Source: a virus
Taxonomy: Duplodnaviria > Caudoviricetes
Virus record (IMG/VR): IMGVR_UViG_3300002220_000062
Span: 27,454-91,453 of that record
Reading direction: 5' to 3' (one strand)
DNA: 64,000 bases
Within the stretch, counting starts at the first letter, position 1. Each line of letters begins with the position of its first letter. Shown here piece by piece: positions 17,620-26,729 of this stretch. The notes beneath the pieces were generated by a model, which was not told where the DNA came from, made no database searches, and saw only the letters and a program-made list of their open reading frames with translations. Both the position numbers and the translations under genes were made by a program.

Positions 17620-18168
17620 ATGAGTAAAGTTAGATATAATAAATCTAAAACTTACTTGTTACCATTATTAGCTGAGGTAATAGATATTGATGTAAGGTTT
17701 TTTAACCATTTACAAAATACATTTATTTTTGATGTAGAAGGTAAATACAAGGATTGTATGCTTATATTGCATGACTTTTCTTTTAAAAACCCAGAGTTTA
17801 CAGCATATGAACATAAACTTACAAATAATCCATACTTCGTAGATTTAATAGATATAGATAATAAAGTCTTATATGTATTTAAATTTCCAGAAGAATATAT
17901 GGATGAATATAACCATTTTAAAAATGGAAAGTATTCTTTATTTGGAAAGGATGCCAAAGATACAATAATAAACTTCTTTGGAAAGATTTATACAGGAAAC
18001 TTAAACGCAGTCAATTTCTTATTACTGATTAAACAAATATTATATAAAGAACCAAAATTAAAAGAAAAAATAGAAAATGAGTTAGGTGTTAGATTATCAG
18101 AAGATGCGGAATTAACCGATATTATAACTTTTGAAAATGAAACATTTGACATAGCAAATAATAAATAA
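17620..18168 (+). CDS. Hypothetical phage protein
   Basis: 182-aa ORF in the operon. Confidence 0.75.
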   Translation: MSKVRYNKSKTYLLPLLAEVIDIDVRFFNHLQNTFIFDVEGKYKDCMLILHDFSFKNPEFTAYEHKLTNNPYFVDLIDIDNKVLYVFKFPEEYMDEYNHFKNGKYSLFGKDAKDTIINFFGKIYTGNLNAVNFLLLIKQILYKEPKLKEKIENELGVRLSEDAELTDIITFENETFDIANNK

Positions 18169-18227
18169 GAATTTATTTGTAGTTAACGTGAGTGATAGGT
18201 AATTGTTTTAAAAAAACAAGAATGTAG

Positions 18228-20789
18228 ATGAATAATGAATTAATGAAATATTTTAAAGGTGATTCTCTAGCTGCAGGTGTGTGGCTAGGGAAATACGCCT
18301 TATCAGGAGAGAAAACTCCAGATGATATGCATAGAAGAATGGCGGAAGAGTTTGCCAGAATGGAAATCATAAACAAAGCAAAATACAATACTGACAACAA
18401 AGCCTTTTTATCTAGTTATGGGTTCAATAGGCAACTGAAAGATGCGGAAGAATTTATTTACCATCTATTTAAAGATTTTAAATATGTAATTCCACAAGGT
18501 TCAGTAATGTCACAATTGGGTGCAAATACAATAGGTTCCTTATCTAATTGTTTTGTAATAGGTCAGCCAGAAGACTCATACGGTGGAATATTCCAGAAAG
18601 ATGAGGAAATGGCACAATTAGAAAAGCGTAGAGGAGGAGTAGGAATTGATTTATCTTCATTAAGACCAGTCAATACCCCAACCAGTAATGCCGCAAAAAC
18701 CTCAACAGGTGCTGTATCATTTATGCATAGATTCTCTAACACAACTAGAGAAGTTGCACAAAATGGCAGAAGAGGTGCTTTAATGATATCTATGGATATT
18801 AATCATCCAGATGTTCTAGAGTTTATTAAGATTAAAAGAGATTTAACACAAGTGACAGGTGCTAATATTTCAATTAAACTTAATAATGAATTTATGAAAG
18901 CTGTAGAGAATAATGAAAGTTATTGTCTAAGATTTCCAATTGATAAAAAACCAATTCGTAAAATGGACATGGCCAATAATGTATTATATGGTCATGATAA
19001 AGGTTTTGTAAAATGGATAAATGCTAGAGAATATTGGGATGAAATTATTAAATCTGCTCATAATGTAGCAGAACCAGGATTAATGTATTGGGATGCTATG
19101 ATTAATTATTCTCCAGATGGAGTTTATAATCAATATAGAGCTATTACAACTAATCCTTGTAGTGAAATAGGTATGCAGGCATATGATGCTTGTAGACTAA
19201 TAGCAGTAAACTTACTTAGTTTTGTAGATAACCCATTTACTAAAGATGCTATTTTTAATTATGATAAATTTTATGAAGTTAACTATGAAGCTATGAGATT
19301 AGGTGATAATCTTGTAGATTTAGAAATAGAGCATATTGATAGAATTTTAGCAAAAATTGAAAGTGACCCTGAAAGTGATGATTTAAAACATACAGAGAGA
19401 AATCTTTGGACTAAAATTAGAGAAACTGCATCTTCAAGTAGAAGAACTGGTATAGGATTTACTGCATTAGGAGACACCTTAGCAGCTTTAAATTTAAAGT
19501 ATGATTCAGAGGAAGCAATAAAACAAATAGACGCTATAATGCGTGTTAAAATGCGTTCTGAATTAGATTGTACTATTGATTTAAGTATTCTTTTGGGTTC
19601 TTTTGAAGGATTTGATGAAAAAAAGGAATTTTATGTAGATGGAAATAACATTTATGGTAAAAATGATTTTTACGATATGTTATCTAAGGAGTTTCCTAGT
19701 GAAGCTTTAAGAATGTTTACATTTGGTAGACGTAATGTATCTTGGAGTACAGTTGCACCAACAGGTACTGTTAGTTTATTAGCACAAACTACATCAGGTA
19801 TTGAACCTTTGTTTCAGGGCTTTTATACCCGAAGAAAGAAGATAAATATCAATGATGATAATGTGCGAGTAGATTTTACAGACCAAAATGGAGATACTTG
19901 GCAAGAATTTAATGTTGTACATCCTAAATTTAAAGATTGGATAATATATGATTCACCTGAATATGGAGAATCTATAGAAGATGCAAATATTCGTGTTGAA
20001 AAATTAAGTAAAAAAGATTTACAAGAATTATTTGAATTATCTCCTTGGTACGGTAGTACTGCAAATGATATAGATTGGTTAAAACGTATTAAAGTACAAA
20101 GTACTATACAAAAGTACATAACACATAGTATATCATCTACTATCAATCTACCAGAAAATATTACAGAAGAAGAAGTATCTCAGATATATCTAAAAGCTTG
20201 GGAACAAGACATTAAAGGTATAACAGTTTATAGAGATGGCTCTCGAAGTGGTGTTTTAGTAAATAATACAGAGATAGCAACTAAATTTGCATATAATAAT
20301 GCTGTTAAAAGACCAAAGACAGTTGAGGCGGAAGCTAAAACAACAATGTCTGATGGTAAAAAATATAGTATTTTTGTTGGTTTAGTTGATGGTATCCCTT
20401 ACGAAGTATTTGCCTTTATGGGTGGTACAAAAGAAGGGAAAGGTTCTATTGTCAAAGAAGGTAAAGGCGAGTATTACTTCATAGGGGAAGGTGATAACAG
20501 CAAAAATCGCATTTTAACTGGAAGAATGACAGAAGAACAAGAAATTATTACTAGGTTAATATCTGGGTCATTACGACATGGGAGAGGAATCCACTATATT
20601 GTAGATGACTTAAATAAAACTAGTGGTAGTTTGTTTTCATTTAACTTTGCTATTGCTAAAGTATTAAAAACATATATACCAGATGGAGTTAAATCAACTA
20701 TTACTTGCGCAGATTGTGGAAGTACTGATGTAATTTTTGAAGAAGGATGTGTAAAATGCTTGGAGTGCGGTAATACCAAATGTGGTTAA
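18228..20789 (+). CDS. nrdJ: Ribonucleotide reductase class II (adenosylcobalamin-dependent)
   Basis: SLSNCFV, RRGALM, TNPCSEI, VAPTGT, SISSTINLP, KGITVYRDGSR and a C-terminal Zn ribbon; no adjacent beta subunit gene. Confidence 0.9.
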   Translation: MNNELMKYFKGDSLAAGVWLGKYALSGEKTPDDMHRRMAEEFARMEIINKAKYNTDNKAFLSSYGFNRQLKDAEEFIYHLFKDFKYVIPQGSVMSQLGANTIGSLSNCFVIGQPEDSYGGIFQKDEEMAQLEKRRGGVGIDLSSLRPVNTPTSNAAKTSTGAVSFMHRFSNTTREVAQNGRRGALMISMDINHPDVLEFIKIKRDLTQVTGANISIKLNNEFMKAVENNESYCLRFPIDKKPIRKMDMANNVLYGHDKGFVKWINAREYWDEIIKSAHNVAEPGLMYWDAMINYSPDGVYNQYRAITTNPCSEIGMQAYDACRLIAVNLLSFVDNPFTKDAIFNYDKFYEVNYEAMRLGDNLVDLEIEHIDRILAKIESDPESDDLKHTERNLWTKIRETASSSRRTGIGFTALGDTLAALNLKYDSEEAIKQIDAIMRVKMRSELDCTIDLSILLGSFEGFDEKKEFYVDGNNIYGKNDFYDMLSKEFPSEALRMFTFGRRNVSWSTVAPTGTVSLLAQTTSGIEPLFQGFYTRRKKININDDNVRVDFTDQNGDTWQEFNVVHPKFKDWIIYDSPEYGESIEDANIRVEKLSKKDLQELFELSPWYGSTANDIDWLKRIKVQSTIQKYITHSISSTINLPENITEEEVSQIYLKAWEQDIKGITVYRDGSRSGVLVNNTEIATKFAYNNAVKRPKTVEAEAKTTMSDGKKYSIFVGLVDGIPYEVFAFMGGTKEGKGSIVKEGKGEYYFIGEGDNSKNRILTGRMTEEQEIITRLISGSLRHGRGIHYIVDDLNKTSGSLFSFNFAIAKVLKTYIPDGVKSTITCADCGSTDVIFEEGCVKCLECGNTKCG

Positions 20790-21984
20790 TATGTTAAATA
20801 AGCAAAAAGATGAGATTCAACAACAAGCCTTAAAGGCATGGTTAGAATCAGGTAAAAAAGGTACTTGTGAGATAATTACAGGCCTTGGAAAAACCTTCAT
20901 TAGTTTACATGCTTTATATACTATGCCAAAAGATGATAAAGTTCATCTATTTTTAGCTGAGACAGTTGAAAGAAAGAAAGATTTAGTTAATGACATTAAA
21001 AAATTTAATAAAATTTTTAATAAAGATGTTACTAATGATTATAATCTACAATTTACCTGTTACCAATCAGCTTATAGAAAAACTGGAAATCATTATGGCT
21101 TAGTTATAGCTGATGAAATTCATGACTCATTAAGTCCAGCTTATTCACAATTTTATGAAAATAATACATATGATGCTATTATTGGATTATCTGCAATGAT
21201 TAATAAAAAAGTTAAATACAATATTCATAATAAGATTGTTACAAAAGGGGAGATGCTGAAAAGTATATCCCCTATTTGTTTCTCCTACACACTTGACCAA
21301 GGTCAGGAAGAAGGCACTGCTAGGTCATTAATAGTTTATGTTATAAAACATAAGTTAGATGATGTTAATACTAATATTAAGGCAGGAAGTGCGAAGAAAC
21401 CATTTTTTCAAACTGAAAAAGCAGCTTATGATTATTGGGACAAAATGCATAAAAGAGCATGGTTTATTTTAAATGAAGATGAAAAGAATCTTAAAATAAG
21501 GATTACTGCACAAAGGCGTAGTCATATTTTATATAATCTAGAATCAAAAGTTGAAGTTATAAAGAAACTAATAAGTAAATTAGATACTAAAACAATAATA
21601 TTTGGTAATAGTTTAGAAAGTTTATTAAAAATTACACCAAATGTAGTTAGTTCTAGAAATAGCGAGCTACAAAATGAAAGGATTAGAAATGCATTTGATA
21701 CTAACAAGATTAGAGTCATAGGTAGTTTTAAAAAATTAAAACAAGGTGCAAATTTAGTAGATTTAGATAACTGTATTATAATGTCATATTATAGTACAGA
21801 TAAAGATTTTATTCAAAGAGTAGGTAGGTTAAGAGATAATGGAGAATTAGGACATGTATTTATACTTCTAACAGAAAATACACAAGAAGAAGTGTGGTTC
21901 ACAAAAATGTTTGAAGGAGTACAGAATCTAAATCCTATTTTCTTTAATAATATTGATGAGTATTTAATAACATTAAAAAAGTAA
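20782..21984 (+). CDS. Superfamily 2 helicase
   Basis: TGLGKT, IADEIH, GLSA, QRVGRLR. Confidence 0.88.
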   Translation: MVNMLNKQKDEIQQQALKAWLESGKKGTCEIITGLGKTFISLHALYTMPKDDKVHLFLAETVERKKDLVNDIKKFNKIFNKDVTNDYNLQFTCYQSAYRKTGNHYGLVIADEIHDSLSPAYSQFYENNTYDAIIGLSAMINKKVKYNIHNKIVTKGEMLKSISPICFSYTLDQGQEEGTARSLIVYVIKHKLDDVNTNIKAGSAKKPFFQTEKAAYDYWDKMHKRAWFILNEDEKNLKIRITAQRRSHILYNLESKVEVIKKLISKLDTKTIIFGNSLESLLKITPNVVSSRNSELQNERIRNAFDTNKIRVIGSFKKLKQGANLVDLDNCIIMSYYSTDKDFIQRVGRLRDNGELGHVFILLTENTQEEVWFTKMFEGVQNLNPIFFNNIDEYLITLKK

Positions 21985-21987
21985 TAT

Positions 21988-22893
21988 ATGATTGCGATAG
22001 GAAGCGCTGTAAATAATTTCTATTTAGGTAGAAAGGATGATAACTCTGCAAATGAGTATATTTGTTGGGACGAAGAAGAAAAAAAAGAAATAGAAGCTGA
22101 AATTGGACTAACAAAAAAAGATGAACGTCATTCAAATCATTCCAGTGTTGTCTATGTCAAAGATAGTATTCATTATACTATACATGATATAAAAAAACTG
22201 GCTGTTTTTCAGGATATTGAAAAATATTTATTTTTACCAAAGTATAAAAGAATAATGGCACCGCCATTGTTAGTATATGCTTGGACAAAGACTAGGGCTG
22301 CTTTCAGAAATGATAATTTAGCTGACTGGGAAAATAATATTGTAACTGCCAGTTTTCTTTATCATAAATATATGAAAAAGATATCTGAAAAATTAAAGTT
22401 TAGGGCAAGAATTTGGTCTTCACATTTAACATATTTTGGAGCAATGGCATTTGGTGCACATTTTAAAGAGCATACATTCAAAGAATATACAGAATATACA
22501 GAACATTCTTTATTTGATTTATTCAGATATAATGGTCATTTTTCTTTATATGAAAAATGCTTAATAACAACATTTACAAGAAGTAGAGTACTTTCATCTG
22601 CCTTTTTTGATACTTTAAGTAAGGAAGACCAACTTGGGCTTGTTATGGAGAGATTATATGTAGATTGTTCTAATGAATTTATAATAGAGGAACTTCTTTA
22701 TGAAGCTAAAGAACAAATACCAACTATAGATTTATTTAAAACAGTAATTATGTATAGATGTTCACAAAATAGTTTATCTTGGTTTAGAGATTATTTAATA
22801 CATAATTATAATGATATAATGTCTGAATTTGATGAAAAATTTGTAGGCGAATTATATGAAGCTGTAAAATGGCAAAAATTAGAAAATGTCTAA
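21988..22893 (+). CDS. Hypothetical protein
   Basis: 301-aa ORF, no motif recognised. Confidence 0.7.
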   Translation: MIAIGSAVNNFYLGRKDDNSANEYICWDEEEKKEIEAEIGLTKKDERHSNHSSVVYVKDSIHYTIHDIKKLAVFQDIEKYLFLPKYKRIMAPPLLVYAWTKTRAAFRNDNLADWENNIVTASFLYHKYMKKISEKLKFRARIWSSHLTYFGAMAFGAHFKEHTFKEYTEYTEHSLFDLFRYNGHFSLYEKCLITTFTRSRVLSSAFFDTLSKEDQLGLVMERLYVDCSNEFIIEELLYEAKEQIPTIDLFKTVIMYRCSQNSLSWFRDYLIHNYNDIMSEFDEKFVGELYEAVKWQKLENV

Positions 22894-22918
22894 AAATTAA
22901 TTAAAAGTAAAATTATAA

Positions 22919-23329
22919 ATGGAATTAGAACAAGTTACACAACCAATAAAAGAGGTTAAAAAAGAACCAAATTTTGAAAAAACATTATTAAAGGATAACC
23001 CATATGATGAGAATTATAAATTTCTAATTAAAAGAAAAGATGGTTATAAATTTATGTTATACACAATTAAGTATCCTACAAATAATTGTCAACTTTCTTC
23101 AATTGGAAATGCAAATGATTTACTACAAATACCAGAAGGTGATATTGTTGAAGTTATACATGCTATTAGGAAGGGCACTTGTAATATGGTAATTATGGAT
23201 ATTAGAGATTCTTATCTTGTAAAGTTAAAAAAATTCTTTGAACCATTTGGAGAATTTAGATTAGAGTCACCATATAAAAGTTCAAATGGTAGTAGTATGG
23301 TAATACTTATTTTAAAATGGAACATATAA
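22919..23329 (+). CDS. Hypothetical protein, possible distant relative of intron ORF A
   Basis: 136-aa ORF; see findings. Confidence 0.7.
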   Translation: MELEQVTQPIKEVKKEPNFEKTLLKDNPYDENYKFLIKRKDGYKFMLYTIKYPTNNCQLSSIGNANDLLQIPEGDIVEVIHAIRKGTCNMVIMDIRDSYLVKLKKFFEPFGEFRLESPYKSSNGSSMVILILKWNI

Positions 23330-23850
23330 CATTTGATTTAGAAACCCTAGGGAACGGCACAAATGCGCCAATAGTTCAGATAGGAGCTGTAAAATTTACA
23401 GATGATGGTACTATAACAGATACTTTCTTACGAAATATAGATTTAGAATCACTTGAGGGATTAGGTTTTCATATTGATTATAATACACTTAGTTGGTGGT
23501 TTAATCAATCCCCAGAGGCAATTAAATCTGTATTTGGTGAAGAATTAGACCGTGTAAGTTTAAGTAATGCGTTATATCAATTTCAAATATGGATTGGAAA
23601 AACAGCTGATTATTATTATTGGTCACATGCAACATTTGACCCACCAATTCTTAAAAATAATTATAAAGCAGTTGGAAAAAATATTCCTATACCATTTAGA
23701 TTACATGTAGATATTAGAACATTATCCTTACTAGGAGGTAAAATTACTATAGATAGAGGAGATTTAATACATCACAATGCATTAGATGATTGTATACACC
23801 AGGCTAACTATATTAGTAAGGGGTTACAACAACTAAAGAATAAAAAATGA
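23317..23850 (+). CDS. DEDDh 3'-5' exonuclease (Rv2179c/Exo VIII-like)
   Basis: TFDLETLG, IGAVKF, TFDPPIL, DIRTL, HNALDDC. Confidence 0.85.
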   Translation: MEHITFDLETLGNGTNAPIVQIGAVKFTDDGTITDTFLRNIDLESLEGLGFHIDYNTLSWWFNQSPEAIKSVFGEELDRVSLSNALYQFQIWIGKTADYYYWSHATFDPPILKNNYKAVGKNIPIPFRLHVDIRTLSLLGGKITIDRGDLIHHNALDDCIHQANYISKGLQQLKNKK

Positions 23851-24623
23851 AAACATTCGTAATAGGAGATATTCATGGGGGCTACAAAGCCCTCATGCAA
23901 TGTCTTGAAAGAAGTGAATTTAATAAAGAAGAGGATACTCTAATATCACTTGGTGATATTGCAGATGGATGGTCACAAGTTCCAGAATGTATTGAAGAAC
24001 TACTAACAATTAAAAATTTAATATTAATAGAAGGGAACCATGATAATTGGGCTAGACAATGGTTAAAATTTGGTATAGCTAATAAAATGTGGTTAAATCA
24101 AGGCGGTCAAGCTACTTTTGATGCATATACTATATATCATCCTGATTTAATGATTAAACATGAAAAAGAATTTTTTAATAAACAGATAGATTATTATGTA
24201 GATGATAAAAACAGAGGTTTTGTACATGGTGGCTTTACATCTAGTAAAGGATTAGGCCATGAACCATATCGTAGTAATTATATTTGGGATAGAGATTTAT
24301 GGACTTTAGCAGTTTTATCACAAGGAAGAATACACGAAGGTGGAAATAAACAATCAAGAAGATTTGAAAAGCATACTGAAATCTATTTAGGTCATACTAG
24401 TACTGGTATGTGGGATATTAAACCACATTATCCTGAATATAATGACCAAAAACAGACTAAAAATGGAAGAATAACTGTACCTATGAATAGGTGTAATATT
24501 TGGAATTTAGACACTGGTGGTGGATTTGAAGGGAAGTTAACAATAATGGATATAGATACTAAAGAATATTTTCAATCTGATTATGTAAAAACACTTTATC
24601 CAGATGAAGTTGGTAGAAAATAA
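23847..24623 (+). CDS. Metallophosphoesterase (Ser/Thr protein phosphatase-like)
   Basis: GDIHG, GDIADG, GNHD, VHGG, GHT, LDTG. Confidence 0.88.
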   Translation: MKTFVIGDIHGGYKALMQCLERSEFNKEEDTLISLGDIADGWSQVPECIEELLTIKNLILIEGNHDNWARQWLKFGIANKMWLNQGGQATFDAYTIYHPDLMIKHEKEFFNKQIDYYVDDKNRGFVHGGFTSSKGLGHEPYRSNYIWDRDLWTLAVLSQGRIHEGGNKQSRRFEKHTEIYLGHTSTGMWDIKPHYPEYNDQKQTKNGRITVPMNRCNIWNLDTGGGFEGKLTIMDIDTKEYFQSDYVKTLYPDEVGRK

Positions 24624-24634
24624 TCACTAAAATA

Positions 24635-24666
24635 TTAGGAATATCCAATTATTTGTTGTATATTTG
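24635..24666 (+). promoter_or_regulatory. Bacteroidota-type promoter upstream of the HNH gene
   Basis: TTAGGAA-N17-TATATTTG. Confidence 0.75.
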
Positions 24667-24684
24667 TATATAAATACAAAAATT

Positions 24685-25287
24685 ATGATTAAACAAAAAC
24701 AAACAAAATTAACTATAGTTAAAAAAGTAGATAGTTTATTTTATTATACTTCTAAAGGTTATAAAAAAGAACGTAAAAGAGTATTATGTAAATGTGACTG
24801 TGGAAACAATATAGAAGTAGATTTAAATAATATATTATCTATGGCTACAAAAAGTTGTGGATGCTTAAAAAAAGAAAAATTACCTATAGCAAGACAGAAT
24901 AGTTATAACAAAAGAAAAGTAGTAAATTCAGGTATTAAGAAATTATTTAGAAATTATAAATATACTGCATTAAGAAAAAATTTAGATTTTTTAATAGATT
25001 ATGATTTTTTCTTTAATATGTCACAAAAGCATTGTAATTATTGCGGTATAGAACCTAGTTTAAAAGTAAAAAATGAAACTGGTAGTATATATAATTTAGT
25101 TAATGGATTAGATAGAGTTGATAATTCTAAAGGATATATTGTGTCTAATTTAGTAACTTGCTGTTCTAAATGTAATTATGCAAAAAGAAATATGACAAAA
25201 GAAGACTTTTTAAATTTAATAAATAGGATATATGAATTTCAATCAGATTTTCTTAAAGAATTATATCCAAATGAAAAAGGAAGATAA
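24685..25287 (+). CDS. Free-standing HNH-like homing endonuclease
   Basis: CKCDCGN...KSCGC, CNYCG, GLDRVDNSKGYIVSNLVTCCSKCNYAK; ATG 24685 preferred. Confidence 0.88.
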   Translation: MIKQKQTKLTIVKKVDSLFYYTSKGYKKERKRVLCKCDCGNNIEVDLNNILSMATKSCGCLKKEKLPIARQNSYNKRKVVNSGIKKLFRNYKYTALRKNLDFLIDYDFFFNMSQKHCNYCGIEPSLKVKNETGSIYNLVNGLDRVDNSKGYIVSNLVTCCSKCNYAKRNMTKEDFLNLINRIYEFQSDFLKELYPNEKGR

Positions 25288-25499
25288 TGGTAAAAGAAAA
25301 ATTAAAAACAATTTATAATTTAGAATTACATGAAACTTTATGGGTATCTGCTGAACTAACAATTCAAAGAGTCCCAGGAGGATGGAATTATAAATATTAT
25401 GAATATAGAAATTTAATAGAATATCATAATGATTATATTTTAATAAATACTATTTTTATACCTTATCATAATGAATTTCAAATTTATGACCCTTTTTGA
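25287..25499 (+). CDS. Small hypothetical protein
   Basis: 70-aa ORF coupled to the HNH stop (TAATG). Confidence 0.65.
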   Translation: MVKEKLKTIYNLELHETLWVSAELTIQRVPGGWNYKYYEYRNLIEYHNDYILINTIFIPYHNEFQIYDPF

Positions 25500-26115
25500 T
25501 TCATCTAATTTTTTTTTAAAAAAGGAAAATAATATGATAGATAATATAGAATTAATAAAACCATTTTTGAAATTTGATAATAAAGATGATTTTTATTACC
25601 TTCAAATTTTACAAAGAAAAAAGGAAAACCCACAAATAGGAAGTAATAGTAGAGTAATAAAAAATTATTATATTACATCTGAACAATATTTATTGGATAG
25701 ATATGATGAGATTAAAATAATTTGTGAAATATTTAATGCTAGAGCTTCATTACGACTTAATAGAAGAAGTTTTAAAAAAGTAGCATTTAAAGCAATGCAA
25801 AATATAGCCAATACAATGGGTAACGGTGAATTTTCTTTTATAAAAAAATCGTATGATAGAGCTTGTGGTTTAGGTCATAATGAACTCTCTAAAAAATGGA
25901 TTTTAGATTATGATAGTATTTCTATAAATGAACTTAGTGATATGTTAACTTATATTAAAGATATTGAACCAATAGGTAGAAAAGAATTAGCTATTATACC
26001 TAGTAAAAATGGGTATCATATTATTACAAATCCTTTTAATTTACAAAAATTTAAAAATGATTTTAATGGTATAGAAATTCATAAAGATAATCCTACAAAT
26101 TTATATATTCCATAA
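25471..26115 (+). CDS. Hypothetical protein with AEP (primase-polymerase)-like motifs; true start may be ATG 25534
   Basis: WILDYD (DxD) and PSKNGYH resemble AEP motifs I and II; function uncertain. Confidence 0.55.
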   Translation: MNFKFMTLFDSSNFFLKKENNMIDNIELIKPFLKFDNKDDFYYLQILQRKKENPQIGSNSRVIKNYYITSEQYLLDRYDEIKIICEIFNARASLRLNRRSFKKVAFKAMQNIANTMGNGEFSFIKKSYDRACGLGHNELSKKWILDYDSISINELSDMLTYIKDIEPIGRKELAIIPSKNGYHIITNPFNLQKFKNDFNGIEIHKDNPTNLYIP

Positions 26116-26133
26116 TATTAAAAAATAAAAATA

Positions 26134-26670
26134 ATGAGTACATTTTTTATAGCAGATTTACATCTTGGTCATAAAAGTATGGCAATTAAAAGAGGATTTA
26201 GTAGTACATTTGAACATGATGAATATCTAATTAAACAATGGAATAAAGTTGTTTCTAAAAAAGATAAAGTATTTATTTTAGGAGATGTATCAATGGAATC
26301 TCATAATTGGTATTTTTATTTAGACCAAATGAATGGTTTTAAGAGTGTAGTTTTAGGTAATCATGATTTACCACAACATATACCAGAGTTATTAAAATAT
26401 GTAGAACATATATCTGGTATGGTTAAATATAGTACAGCAAACTTTCCAAAAATATTTTTAACACATTGTCCTATTCATACAAGAGAATTAGATTATAGAG
26501 TTAAATATAATATACATGGGCATATACATGAGTATAATGTAATGAGAACTGAAACTATAGGTAAATATGGTCATACAAGAGAAGTTAAAGATGACCGTTA
26601 TATTAATGTATCTTGTGAACAAATAGATTATACACCTAAAAAAATTGAACAATTAATAAAACTAAAGTAA
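26134..26670 (+). CDS. Calcineurin-like phosphoesterase
   Basis: ADLHLGH, LGDVS, GNHD, THCP, HGHIH. Confidence 0.88.
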   Translation: MSTFFIADLHLGHKSMAIKRGFSSTFEHDEYLIKQWNKVVSKKDKVFILGDVSMESHNWYFYLDQMNGFKSVVLGNHDLPQHIPELLKYVEHISGMVKYSTANFPKIFLTHCPIHTRELDYRVKYNIHGHIHEYNVMRTETIGKYGHTREVKDDRYINVSCEQIDYTPKKIEQLIKLK

Positions 26671-26714
26671 AAGAAAAAAGGGAGAACCGTTATGGAACTC
26701 CCTTTCTTTTTTTT
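26671..26714. terminator. Bidirectional terminator between the convergent modules
   Basis: AAGAAAAAAGGGAG...CTCCCTTTCTTTTTTTT, an A-tract and T-tract flanking a hairpin. Confidence 0.85.
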
Positions 26715-26729
26715 AGACTTTCAACTTTA

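Noticed and set aside
18228-20789. Intron or intein in the ribonucleotide reductase
   Set aside because: The ORF is continuous, of normal class II size, with motifs in the expected order.
37-21719. Short minus-strand ORFs opposite + strand genes (e.g. 37-408, 3661-3882, 5515-5769, 8504-8686, 17652-17957, 19823-20146)
   Set aside because: Antisense shadows of well-supported genes, with Ser/Leu/Ile-biased composition and no motifs.
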